Assembly (NCBI GenBank): GCA_965197475.1
Contig: CBDANF010000003.1
Span: 3,584,001 to 3,648,000, forward strand
Direction of reading: 5' to 3'
DNA length: 64,000 nucleotides
Source: Candidatus Poribacteria bacterium
Lineage (GTDB): Bacteria; Poribacteria; WGA-4E; WGA-3G
The notes beneath the pieces are model-generated. The model did not search any database. It had not been told where the DNA came from and worked only from the letters and a program-made list of their open reading frames with translations. Of this stretch, positions 1 through 9,497 are shown piece by piece. How positions within the stretch are numbered: position 1 is the first letter of the stretch; each line of letters starts with the position of its first letter. Position numbers and translations under genes: made by a program.

Positions 1-170
1 ATCCGAGACTTAAACAGCCAACAACCAACTGCCGAATGCGCGTAGAGCATTCTCGTAAATAATCCCATAAATCCTTGAATCCTGAAAGTTCAAGTTCAGA
101 CGATACAAGCTCCACATGTCCTAATTACACGTAAATTTAGAATGACCTTGTTTATTAGGCACACCCTCAG

Positions 171-614
171 TTAAGTCCGTTCAGGAAGTTCTTCAAAAAA
201 GACAGCATCCGGTTTTACCCACTCAGCCTCACCATCTGCCCACACTTCACGTTTCCAGATAGGTACAATCTGCTTTAGGCGATTCATCGCAAATTGACAC
301 GCTTCAAACCCATCTTTGCGATGCGGGGAGGCAACCGCTACAGCCACACTCACTTCACCAATTTCTAACCTGCCGACGCGGTGTATCATCGCAACGCGAT
401 GGATACCCCATTTATCCGCTATTTCTTTTGCAATCTGTGCCATCTTCTTTTCTGCCATCGGCGGGTATGCCTCATACTCAAGGTGTTTTACCGGTCTGCC
501 ATCTGTGTTATTTCGAACGGTGCCAAAAAACAGAATCACCGCGCCTGCATCCGGTGCCTCTACAGCTTCCCGAACCTCTGCACCTGTAATGATTTCAGCG
601 GTTATTTTAAACAT
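171..614 (-). CDS. moaE: Molybdopterin synthase catalytic subunit MoaE
   Basis: GAVILFFGTVR, LEYEAY, HRVGRL, PHR..F, LKQIVPIWKRE motifs; overlaps moaD. Confidence 0.95.
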   Translation of the reverse strand: MFKITAEIITGAEVREAVEAPDAGAVILFFGTVRNNTDGRPVKHLEYEAYPPMAEKKMAQIAKEIADKWGIHRVAMIHRVGRLEIGEVSVAVAVASPHRKDGFEACQFAMNRLKQIVPIWKREVWADGEAEWVKPDAVFFEELPERT

Positions 615-861
615 CGCTTCCCCCTGTCACCGGAGGAATCAACGCGACTTCATCACCTTCAGCAAGTTCGGTGTCTTCGATGGCATATTCCCAATTGACA
701 GACATTTGCATGACTTCGTAAAACTCAGCAATTTCGGGCCATTCTTCCTCAAGTCGTTTTAAAATCGTTTGGACGGTGGCACCTTCTGGAAGCTGCATCT
801 CTTCTTCGGATCTATCTAACATTTCGTGGCATACGGCAAAATATTTGACTGTAACCTTCAT
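607..861 (-). CDS. moaD: Molybdopterin synthase sulfur carrier MoaD
   Basis: VKYFA ... GDEVALIPPVTGG ubiquitin-like fold; GG is followed by SDV. Confidence 0.92.
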   Translation of the reverse strand: MKVTVKYFAVCHEMLDRSEEEMQLPEGATVQTILKRLEEEWPEIAEFYEVMQMSVNWEYAIEDTELAEGDEVALIPPVTGGSDV

Positions 862-1002
862 TAGGGCTCCTTTGCTGTTCTATTTCCTGTTCGAATTTGA
901 TTTCTAAAAGTATATCATAATAGTTGAATGCAGTCAAATTTAGCATTGAAATTTACGGAATTATCTGATAAAATAGGGATAAGTCGTGCGTAAGAAAACA
1001 TA

Positions 1003-1371
1003 GTGGAAAATATGGACAGTATCGTCATAAAAGGCATTCGATTTCACGGTCACCACGGTGTTCCCAAAGCGGAACGGCAGGTCGGTGGACATTATGAAAT
1101 CGATGCAACATTGCACTGCTCGCTTATAAATGCCGGTAGGACCGATGCACTTGAGGATACAATTGATTACGCCGCAGTCGTTGATCTCATTGTTGATGTT
1201 GGCACACAACAGTCGTTTCAACTGATTGAGGCACTTGCAGAAACAATAGCAACAGAGATTTTAAAACGATTCGCTATAGATACCGTCCATCTTACCGTCA
1301 AAAAACTTCATCCACCAATAGAAAAACCGATTACCTACTTTGCTGTTGAAATCTGTCGTAAAAAGGAGTGA
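1003..1371 (+). CDS. folB: Dihydroneopterin aldolase
   Basis: FHGHHGV..ER..G, TIDY, LIEALA, VKKLHPPI motifs. Confidence 0.93.
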   Translation: MENMDSIVIKGIRFHGHHGVPKAERQVGGHYEIDATLHCSLINAGRTDALEDTIDYAAVVDLIVDVGTQQSFQLIEALAETIATEILKRFAIDTVHLTVKKLHPPIEKPITYFAVEICRKKE

Positions 1372-2579
1372 AAATGCGATTTGGACTGCGGTTGTGCATC
1401 GTTATATTATTAGCATGCCTAATTAGTACTTTATCACAAGCAGGTGGAAAGAAAACACAACTTTTTCCTGACTTGTCACCCGAACTCGATATTTACCGAT
1501 ACGACTGGGATGCCGAAACTTGTGTAATTTACGTTGCAGAGATGTCGCGGAATGACCCGACACTTCAGTTTGAAGTCGCACTTGCCAATTCCCAAGTTCT
1601 TGGAAAAGAGACTGTCCGCTCTATGGCACAGCGGCGCACGCAACGGGGTGATCGGCGCGTCGTTGTAGCTGTTAACGGTGGTTTCGGTGTCCTTGGTGAT
1701 CTGCGAGGTTACGGCGGCGTTTTGGAAAACTTGTATATCCAAGATGGTGAACTCATCACACAACCTACGGATAACGGAGCATGTTTCGGTGTAACCGAAT
1801 CTGGCGAATTTTTGAGTACTCCTGTGGAAATGAAAGCAAGTATACAGATAGGTACCCACACATTGGAAATCGGATGTATAAACCAGCGCAGGCTTGATGG
1901 ATGCCAGGTGACACTTTACACACCACGCCTCGGTGAATCCACACACACAAACCGCCGCAGAGGCAAGGAAATAGTCCTCAGTGGACTTCCGCTGCCTTTG
2001 ACACCAAACTACGCGCACCCTTATCGCGTAGAAAAGGTCTCAACAGATGGAAACAGCACGATACCCAGAGACGGCGCAATCCTTTGGATTAGTACGGGGA
2101 TTAAAAATCCCGTAGTTTCTCAGTTCAATGCAGGAACAAGTGGTACACTCACGCTCTCTCTTTCACCCCCTGAGTGGAATCAAGTCCGCCATGCTATTGG
2201 TGGACGCATGCGACTCCTCAATAATGGCAAAATAAATCAAGAGCTTGTGGATATGCACCTTAAATATAAAAAGGATCATGTCCCCGGTAAACGCACCTCA
2301 ATACTAAACTTGAGCCATGAACCACGAACTGCGCTGGGTTACAACACCGACACCCTATTTTTAGTTGTTGCAGATGGCCGACAACCAAAGTATAGCACAG
2401 GCTTAACACTCTACGAACTCGCCAGCATCCTCATTGAACTCGGTGCAACCGAAGCGATTAATCTTGATGGTGGATCCTCAAGTACATTTGTTGTCAATGA
2501 TGAAGTTATAAACAAACCTTCTGGACAGAAGGAGCGAGAGGTGCTTAACGCCGTGTTTATCACAAAAGATGTGGATTAA
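1368..2579 (+). CDS. Secreted phosphodiester glycosidase (NAGPA-like) family protein
   Basis: Signal peptide; AVNGGF, EPRTALG, VVADGR, AINLDGGSS, NKPS..ER.V.N motifs. Confidence 0.85.
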   Translation: MKMRFGLRLCIVILLACLISTLSQAGGKKTQLFPDLSPELDIYRYDWDAETCVIYVAEMSRNDPTLQFEVALANSQVLGKETVRSMAQRRTQRGDRRVVVAVNGGFGVLGDLRGYGGVLENLYIQDGELITQPTDNGACFGVTESGEFLSTPVEMKASIQIGTHTLEIGCINQRRLDGCQVTLYTPRLGESTHTNRRRGKEIVLSGLPLPLTPNYAHPYRVEKVSTDGNSTIPRDGAILWISTGIKNPVVSQFNAGTSGTLTLSLSPPEWNQVRHAIGGRMRLLNNGKINQELVDMHLKYKKDHVPGKRTSILNLSHEPRTALGYNTDTLFLVVADGRQPKYSTGLTLYELASILIELGATEAINLDGGSSSTFVVNDEVINKPSGQKEREVLNAVFITKDVD

Positions 2580-2600
2580 TATCAATTTTGGAGGTTTAAC

Positions 2601-3644
2601 TTGAAGGCTTATTTTTCATTTGTATACATTCTGTTTTTTGTGTTCCTGGTGGCAGACAGTCAACCCGCAGAAGATACCCCTAAACTATTAAAGGCAATCC
2701 CACTTTCGCAAACCGCAATTCAACTTCAATTTGATGGGAAGTTGCAAGCAAAATTCGCTGAAGACCTCTCAATCTATAAAATTACACCAGATATTAAAAT
2801 TGAATTCGCACTACTTGATGAACGGTTGAACCGCGTTCTGCTACTCACTTCCCCGTTAGAGATAGAAAAAGCTTACTGCCTCACACTAAAAAACACACAA
2901 ACAGAGATAGACGTAACACTGCCTGCTGAAAACGAAATAACCTTCGGTGCGGGCAACTCGATTACATTCTCTGGTGGGTTGCAGGATACCAGTTTGATTG
3001 TTAATAAAGACCGCAAGACACGAAACTACAACGCAGGCGCAGAAACAACCCTCTTATGTAATCCAAGTGGAAACGTGTTCTTCGTCGTTTTTGACCTATT
3101 TGATGCATTCGAAGATATGGGTATCCGAGAACCGACACAGGTATTAGAGGCATCAATTAACCTCCACGTGCAGCAAACTGATACAGATTCTGCTCAGACC
3201 GTTGTTCTTCGTCGCGTTCTGCTGCCGTGGCGTGAGGGCAGAGGCACCTCTGATCGGGCAGAAGAGAACGAACTTACCTACAACAGCGCATTGCATCGCA
3301 ACCTGCCATGGAACAAACCGCCCGCACAAGCCATGTTAGCTGGGATAGATGGTGATAACGAAAGTGATTACAACGGATCTGAAGATGTCGCGCATCGAAT
3401 TGATGGTGCTTTTGAGATTCAAGAGGCAGGAAAACGTTATATCTTCAAAAGCGAATTAATCACTGATGCAGTCCGCTTTTGGGTGGCAAACCCCGATTAC
3501 AACTCCGGTTATCTTTTCGCATTGCGGGATGGGAGTGCGCCTATCGTTTTCTCATCAAAAGAGCATGCCGATGAAAACCTGCGTCCGGTGTTAACAATTC
3601 GCTACCAGACAAAATCAGATGAGGAAACTACTCCGCAGCGTTAA
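2601..3644 (+). CDS. Secreted protein with C-terminal DNRLRE-like domain
   Basis: Signal peptide; QDT..I...NYNAG, RVLLPWREG, V..WVANP..N.G, FSSKE...RPVLTIRY. Confidence 0.65.
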   Translation: MKAYFSFVYILFFVFLVADSQPAEDTPKLLKAIPLSQTAIQLQFDGKLQAKFAEDLSIYKITPDIKIEFALLDERLNRVLLLTSPLEIEKAYCLTLKNTQTEIDVTLPAENEITFGAGNSITFSGGLQDTSLIVNKDRKTRNYNAGAETTLLCNPSGNVFFVVFDLFDAFEDMGIREPTQVLEASINLHVQQTDTDSAQTVVLRRVLLPWREGRGTSDRAEENELTYNSALHRNLPWNKPPAQAMLAGIDGDNESDYNGSEDVAHRIDGAFEIQEAGKRYIFKSELITDAVRFWVANPDYNSGYLFALRDGSAPIVFSSKEHADENLRPVLTIRYQTKSDEETTPQR

Positions 3645-3692
3645 AAAATATTAAAACTTTCTTTCTAATGTTGTGAATAGGGTTCACAACAT

Positions 3693-4979
3693 TCACACAT
3701 ACTCCCGCAAATGTGCCAATGTCCGCTCCACTGTCCCGAGATTTTCTTCAATCAGCTGCTTTCCGATATTGCCAGCAGTCATCCTCTCCGCATCATTGGA
3801 CAACCATTCGGTGATAACCGTCGCCATCTGTTGTGGCGTATGTACAAGTTTCGCCGCACCTTTTTCTAATAAAAGAGATGCTTCATAAGCATTCTCTATC
3901 GTAGGACCAAACAGGATCGGTTTCGCCATCGCTGCAGGTTCCATCACATTGTGAACACTACCGTGAAAACTTCCCCCAACAAATGCGATGTCTGCTAACT
4001 GATACAGTTTTGCTAAAATCCCTACCGTGTCAATGATGAGAACATCTATTCTCTCTAAACTCACATCACTGTTAAGCTCAGAGAAGCAACGATACGTCAA
4101 TTTCCGCCGATTCAACCCAGAAATAATTTCGGTTATCCGTGCAAGTGTCGGTTCATGTGGCACTAAAATCAAGCGTGGCAAACGCTCAGGCGCATCTTCA
4201 CGAAGAATTTGATACGCCTCAAATACGACCTTCTCATCATCTGCATAAGTACTACCAGCGATGAGAATAGAACGTTTTAAAGTAAATTGCCCTGGGAAAA
4301 ATTCTGCGTCAGGTTCAACCGAAAGTGCCCGTCGGTAAACCTGTTCATAACGGGTATCGCCAGTAACAACAATCTGATGCTTTGAAGAACAGAGTTGTTC
4401 AAACCGAGCGGCATCTGCTTCCGAAATAGCACAATGTAACGTGATATGTTGATGCACACTGCTGAAAAAAGACCTCGCGAATCTGCCAAGACGTTTTGAG
4501 CCAGCATGTAACGTCCCAGCGATGACAATGACAGGAATCTCATATTTGGAAGCCTTCCATACCAGATTAGGCCAAATATCGTATCTCGAAAAAACCAGGC
4601 AAGTAGGTTTAATGATATCTATCAAACGTTCTGCATTTCGAGGGGTATCAAAGGGAAGATAAACGGATGCGTCAACATAAGAATAGGCTTCTACATTTGG
4701 GGCAACCGAGGGTGAAAAGAAAGTTAAAACAATTCGGGCATCTGCGTAAATCGCTTCAATCAGTGGTTTTGCTTGTTCAAACTCCCCGACAGAAGTAAAA
4801 TGAAACCAAAATGTTTTTTTTAAATTACGGGCATCGTTGAGTTGACGCTTCAATTTCTCAAATACTTGTCGCCGTCCAACGATACCCTCACGAATTTTGC
4901 GATTGCAACACGCTGCCAAATGAAAACCGATGAACATAACGGGAAGTGTGAACGTGTTGTAGACAAATCGCCAAAACAT
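3693..4979 (-). CDS. waaA: 3-deoxy-D-manno-octulosonic acid (Kdo) transferase
   Basis: WFHFTSVGE, YLPFD, IWPNL, GDTRY, AFVGGSF..HNVMEPA. Confidence 0.9.
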   Translation of the reverse strand: MFWRFVYNTFTLPVMFIGFHLAACCNRKIREGIVGRRQVFEKLKRQLNDARNLKKTFWFHFTSVGEFEQAKPLIEAIYADARIVLTFFSPSVAPNVEAYSYVDASVYLPFDTPRNAERLIDIIKPTCLVFSRYDIWPNLVWKASKYEIPVIVIAGTLHAGSKRLGRFARSFFSSVHQHITLHCAISEADAARFEQLCSSKHQIVVTGDTRYEQVYRRALSVEPDAEFFPGQFTLKRSILIAGSTYADDEKVVFEAYQILREDAPERLPRLILVPHEPTLARITEIISGLNRRKLTYRCFSELNSDVSLERIDVLIIDTVGILAKLYQLADIAFVGGSFHGSVHNVMEPAAMAKPILFGPTIENAYEASLLLEKGAAKLVHTPQQMATVITEWLSNDAERMTAGNIGKQLIEENLGTVERTLAHLREYV

Positions 4980-5090
4980 GATGGTGTGTTACGCGTGGGG
5001 TTGTTAGGTTTGCGAACCGAGAAATCTTTGCAGAAGCCTGCCGAAGCAGGACTGCTCCGGCTCTGATGCTTCTACATAGAGGAGGATAGA

Positions 5091-5420
5091 TTAAATAGCT
5101 TCCAAGATTTTCTTCTTGAGCGCATCTTTAGGCATTGCGCCGACAATCTGGTCCGCGACTTGCCCATCTTTAAAGACAAGCAGCGTCGGAATGCTTCGCA
5201 CACTATATTTCATTGCAGTTTGACGATTGTCATCCACGTTGACCTTCCCTACTTTGAAAGTGTCCGCATTTTCGGCGGCAAGTTCCTCCAAAATAGGCGC
5301 AATCATTTTGCACGGACCGCACCACTCTGCCCAAAAGTCAACAACGACAGGTGTATCTGATGTAAGCACCATTCCCTCAAACGTATCGTCGGTGATTTCA
5401 AAAGTATTTTCAGCCATCAT
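5091..5420 (-). CDS. trxA: Thioredoxin
   Basis: VVDFWAEWCGPCK, SIPTL. Confidence 0.96.
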   Translation of the reverse strand: MMAENTFEITDDTFEGMVLTSDTPVVVDFWAEWCGPCKMIAPILEELAAENADTFKVGKVNVDDNRQTAMKYSVRSIPTLLVFKDGQVADQIVGAMPKDALKKKILEAI

Positions 5421-5792
5421 AACTCCTTTTAACTATAAAAAATGTGAAGATGTTAGGTATGTTCGCCACCACGGTTGTCAATTAATGTGATGATTTTTCA
5501 GAATGTTATTGACGCATCTACAGCCTTTTGATTTGGCAAGGTTGATAAACAAAAATTTCTTTCAGACGAATCAATATGTTAATATGTTACCCTATTCTAA
5601 AATTAATTTCCACATATAATTAAGCACTTTTCAATTTTAGGTAGGGTGCCGCTCCGTTTCAATCTAAACTTTTGATACACATTACACACCCATAGGTGAA
5701 AACCTTCAATCAAATTCTCTCTGCTAAACATACCGATCCAGATGCAGATGTTCTCCTCTTGAAAATGAGATTGATGCACGGGTGTATGAATT

Positions 5793-7148
5793 CTGATATT
5801 TATCAAAATTCTTCATATGTCAATGTTTATCAATGTTTTCTTGGTATTTGTTCATGAAAATGCTCGCTGAGATCAGACAGCATCTGCCTCTGTCCTGAAA
5901 GTTCAAGTTGTCCTTGATGAAAGGTTTTTCGCACGGAGCGACTGACCTGCTGTATCAAAAGGTAGCTCATCACTTTCACACCTAAGTTCGCATACGCGCC
6001 ATTCCGTCCTTTTAGGCTCATGGATGCGAGGTTTAGGTCTGTTTTTAGATACCGCCAATACTGTTCTATACCGTGGTGTTGAGACCATATCCGCAGGATT
6101 TCACAAGCACGGAGTGGTTTCCCGAATACGAGCATTGTTCGGACTTTGCCACGGTCTGCCAAGAACAACACCACTACTTTTCCAAAAGTTGGACTTGTGG
6201 CTTTAGTCCGATAGACCGGTTTATCGCACCCCCATTGATTGGAGAGGAGTTTGATCGACTTTTTATGCTCCGAGAGTTTCACCTTTTTTTCATCAATCGT
6301 CATCACATAGTTGCTTTTTCCGTGCACAAGGATCGTTTCAAATCCCATTTCTCGCAAGGTGTCAATCAAGTGGTGGCTGCCATACCACGAATCGAAGGTG
6401 ATCGGATAGTTTCGGATATCTATTCCGGTCTCTTCAAAGAAGGACACCACTTCCTTGAACATAGTGATGACACAAGAGGGTTTATCCGTGTTCCCGCGTC
6501 CTTGTTTGCTGACCAGTCGCATATTCAGGGGAATGATCTGATTTCCAATCTTTAGGACGATCCCCAATATATTTTGCCCCTTCATTGGCTGTTTTGCTTG
6601 AGAAGACCACCAATTGGATGTGTAGGCGAGACCCTCTCCATAGCGGAAAACAAAGGTATCATCCACACTGATGACGATACGTAGACGCGATAGAGAAGCA
6701 GCACTTTTTGATACTGCCTCCTGTAGCACCTCTAACGCAATAGAACACCCGATACGCACAAAAAGATGCTGCCAGAGATAAAGACTCATCGTGTTCAGTT
6801 CCCGATATAGCCTCGTTTTCGGAATAGACAACGCATCCGCCACTTGATCCGGGTTAGTGAGCCCAAACAGATGGCAGGTTGACAAAAACACTAAGGTATG
6901 AACAAAATGCTGTTTCAAGGTCCGAAACTGTGAAGATAGAAGTTCTTGAAAAAAAGTGGTAGATTTGATAAGCTGAGTTAGCATGAGATATCCTCCTAAT
7001 GTTTGTTTATATTCAAATCTGTAATTAGGATGCTATCTCATGCTATAAAAGTCAAGGAAAATGGACACAGCAAAAACGCATTTTCATGGTGCTATACCTT
7101 GTTTCTATTGATTATTATTAGGTTCAAGACCATTCTGAGAAATATCAG
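5793..7148 (-). mobile_element. Insertion sequence, IS701/IS4-like (1356 bp)
   Basis: 17-bp terminal inverted repeats ctgatatttatcaaaat / attctgagaaatatcag (15/17 match); 5-bp direct repeat gaatt at 5788-5792 and 7149-7153. Confidence 0.88.
5830..6984 (-). CDS. DDE transposase (IS701/IS4 superfamily)
   Basis: SVDDT, TFDSWY, HGIEQYWRYLK DDE motifs; intact ORF between the TIRs. Confidence 0.88.
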   Translation of the reverse strand: MLTQLIKSTTFFQELLSSQFRTLKQHFVHTLVFLSTCHLFGLTNPDQVADALSIPKTRLYRELNTMSLYLWQHLFVRIGCSIALEVLQEAVSKSAASLSRLRIVISVDDTFVFRYGEGLAYTSNWWSSQAKQPMKGQNILGIVLKIGNQIIPLNMRLVSKQGRGNTDKPSCVITMFKEVVSFFEETGIDIRNYPITFDSWYGSHHLIDTLREMGFETILVHGKSNYVMTIDEKKVKLSEHKKSIKLLSNQWGCDKPVYRTKATSPTFGKVVVLFLADRGKVRTMLVFGKPLRACEILRIWSQHHGIEQYWRYLKTDLNLASMSLKGRNGAYANLGVKVMSYLLIQQVSRSVRKTFHQGQLELSGQRQMLSDLSEHFHEQIPRKH

Positions 7149-7207
7149 GAATTGTATAATTTAACACCAAATGAGATTCGCATTATGGAAAAAAATAGGA
7201 GAGCATA

Positions 7208-8329
7208 ATGGATGATTTGACTGCTGCACTAGTACAGGGTTTAAAAGAAGAAGCAACTGAATCTAAAGCCGAAATGGATAAAGCATGCACTGAAGCGATT
7301 GAAGACTTTCGGAGTAATAATCCAGATATATGTAATATGAAGGTTAAAAGACATAACAAAATAGAGTTTAGAGCCTTTTTTAGTGAGGATTCTGTGGAAT
7401 CCCAAAGTTGGGAAATATTTCATAATCAAGTAGAAGATCGCATGCTTAAACAGATCTGTTTTGAGATAGAGAAATGCCTTAATAAGTCTTTGCAGAACAA
7501 CGATTTAAAAAAGCATCTTCGGATAGAACGTAAAGACAAAAAGAACCAATTGCAAGGAATTTTACATTGTCCCAAGAAAGAGATTGACAAGATACGTCAA
7601 GACTGTGATGATTTTCGAGTTCAGGCTGTAACAAATACACTGGACATATTTAGGAAAGTTACGATTGACAATGCTCGTAATATTAACCAAGTTGATTTGC
7701 CAGAAATCGGTATAACGCTAACTTTCCCTACTTCAAGAACACTAAATATATTAAGGCACCGTGAGCAGTCAGGTGTAATAAAGGGACAGTATATCTATAG
7801 TCTTCCATCAGTGACCTTAGATACAGACGTGTTCCTCAAAATGAAAAGAGGAGAATCTATAAATATGCTGGAATTCCGAGAGAAATATTGGGTGGATTTA
7901 GCGGTTACTGAGCGAATTCGTGAAGATATTAAGCTACGTCCAGATGAAGAAGAGTTTCTTTCATATTACTATATTCGAAAGATTCCCTCCATTATGCGTT
8001 TCTGTTTTGACAGTAAGGCTAAACGATTCCTTATTAATCCAAAGTTCAATAAACCAGGGAGTACTGAATTTTTAAAATTTACAGAGTCAATTGTTGACAA
8101 TTATTTTACACCGAGAGGTGAAACTCCTCCAGGATATCTGGACTGGGATCATCTCCATGCTCATTACTTATTTGGGAGAGATATTTTTCTGACAGAGGAT
8201 CAAAAAATTCTTAGTATTGATGATCAGTTAAAAACATTCGGTATCACCGTAATGAATTTTGAAAACTTCTTGAATTCGTATAAGACTAACGAGGATCTAA
8301 AAAATCTTTCGGAAATTCAATTTTTCTAG
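7208..8329 (+). CDS. Hypothetical protein with probable C-terminal PIN-like nuclease domain
   Basis: VTLDTDVF ... DWDHLHAH..GRDIFLTED acidic PIN-like pattern; AT-rich; starts directly after the RM-remnant stop (TAATG). Confidence 0.5.
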   Translation: MDDLTAALVQGLKEEATESKAEMDKACTEAIEDFRSNNPDICNMKVKRHNKIEFRAFFSEDSVESQSWEIFHNQVEDRMLKQICFEIEKCLNKSLQNNDLKKHLRIERKDKKNQLQGILHCPKKEIDKIRQDCDDFRVQAVTNTLDIFRKVTIDNARNINQVDLPEIGITLTFPTSRTLNILRHREQSGVIKGQYIYSLPSVTLDTDVFLKMKRGESINMLEFREKYWVDLAVTERIREDIKLRPDEEEFLSYYYIRKIPSIMRFCFDSKAKRFLINPKFNKPGSTEFLKFTESIVDNYFTPRGETPPGYLDWDHLHAHYLFGRDIFLTEDQKILSIDDQLKTFGITVMNFENFLNSYKTNEDLKNLSEIQFF

Positions 8330-8348
8330 CAAGGCGGAATGAAATTAT

Positions 8349-8406
8349 CTGAACACAGATGACGCGAACTTTCAATCTGCGTCATCCGTATAATCCGAGA
8401 TTCAGA
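8349..8406. repeat. aatcc-periodic palindromic intergenic repeat; related copies near 61-100, 9248-9312 and 26852-26900
   Basis: tctgaa..gatgacgcg..tgcgtcatc..aatccgagattcaga; copies share ~9-bp aatcc periodicity and end in ttcag(a/g). Confidence 0.6.
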
Positions 8407-8550
8407 AACAAAAAATCACGCCCACCTCATTTTCTTCACAAGAACACGAAATCTCTAAACCCGCCAATTAAAACTCCCATTAAATCCGTTGATAACTGGC
8501 TCAAGTTGTGATATACTTTCTGCAACTATTTGTGGAAAGAGGTGGATACC

Positions 8551-8808
8551 ATGAACAACTATAGAGACATAATTACCATTGAACCGGGTAAACGCAGCGG
8601 GCAGCCTTGTATTCGGGGAATGCGGATCACCGTTTACGATGTCTTTGAATACCTTGCATCGGGTATGACAGTAGCGGAAGTTCTTCACGATTTTCCCGAG
8701 TTAACCGAGACAGACATTCGCGCCTGTTTTGCTTATGCTGCGGACAAGGAAAAATCACAGGTGGTCGTTTACACAGATGAAACTTCTATTCGATCAGAAC
8801 CTATCTGA
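8551..8808 (+). CDS. DUF433 family antitoxin
   Basis: ITIEPGKRSGQPCIRGMRITV..V..LASGMT..E..DFPEL..DIRAC; RBS gaggtgg before ATG 8551. Confidence 0.9.
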   Translation: MNNYRDIITIEPGKRSGQPCIRGMRITVYDVFEYLASGMTVAEVLHDFPELTETDIRACFAYAADKEKSQVVVYTDETSIRSEPI

Positions 8809-9109
8809 CCAACTGGTGACGCTGCTGGCGGATCTATTTCCTAATTCTACCCATGTCAAAACTATAGGGTTAGATACGGCAACGGATACCGAGTTATGGG
8901 ATTACGCTCGCGATAACGATTATTCCATCGTTTCAAAGGACACGGATTTCAGGAATAGGAGTGTTATTCACGGCTATCCCCCAAAAGTGATTTGGATCAA
9001 GATAGGGAATTGCTCGACGGGTGCTGTTGAATACAATTTGAGAAAGCATTTCGCTGATATTAAAGAATTTGTGAGAGATGCAAATGCGGGATTATTTGTC
9101 CTGCGGTAA
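8777..9109 (+). CDS. DUF5615 PIN-like toxin
   Basis: MKLLFDQNLS, HV, D.ELWDYA, IVSKD.DF, PPKVIW; overlaps DUF433 gene. Confidence 0.9.
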   Translation: MKLLFDQNLSDQLVTLLADLFPNSTHVKTIGLDTATDTELWDYARDNDYSIVSKDTDFRNRSVIHGYPPKVIWIKIGNCSTGAVEYNLRKHFADIKEFVRDANAGLFVLR

Positions 9110-9355
9110 TCGGCTTAAGCCACAACAACTTAGGTTCTCCGTATTTTGTCATGATTTGAACAGAAAAATGGGATTAAACTACCCGAAGACATCGCCGCAA
9201 TGCTAACGCCCTCGTAGACATTCACTGTAACAGAAAACTCTCTCCTTAGCGGATTACCTGATGTTACAGATTCTCAATTCGCGTAATCCGTGATAATCCG
9301 CAATTCAGACAATACCGTTTTACAAAATAATTACACACCACATTATTAATTTCGC

Positions 9356-9384
9356 TTGATAAAAAAAGTGAAACGTGATAAATT
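9356..9384 (+). promoter_or_regulatory. Putative sigma70 promoter of the aldehyde/xanthine oxidoreductase operon
   Basis: ttgata-N17-taaatt upstream of the operon. Confidence 0.35.
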
Positions 9385-9497
9385 TTACTAAAATTAAAGC
9401 ATATAGGCGTTTTTCATGTCTGTTAGATCAAGGAGTATAGGCTTTATACGTTTGTTGATTTTATTATTTGGATATACACAAGCAAAGGAGGGAAGGC

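Larger units (their letters stand above)
5697..7207 (+). pseudogene. C-terminal remnant of an Eco57I/TaqI-like type IIG restriction-modification gene, interrupted by the IS at 5793-7148
   Basis: Removing the IS and correcting a 1-nt frameshift near 5752 gives QILSAKHTDPDADVSPLENEIDARVYELYNLTPNEIRIMEKNRRA*, the typical C-terminus of this family. Confidence 0.7.

Noticed and set aside
5603-5806. 67-aa minus-strand ORF
   Set aside because: It starts inside the IS end and is antisense to the RM remnant.
9130-9216. Possible gene tail FEQKNGIKLPEDIAAMLTPS*
   Set aside because: Too short, with no start codon and no family I can assign.
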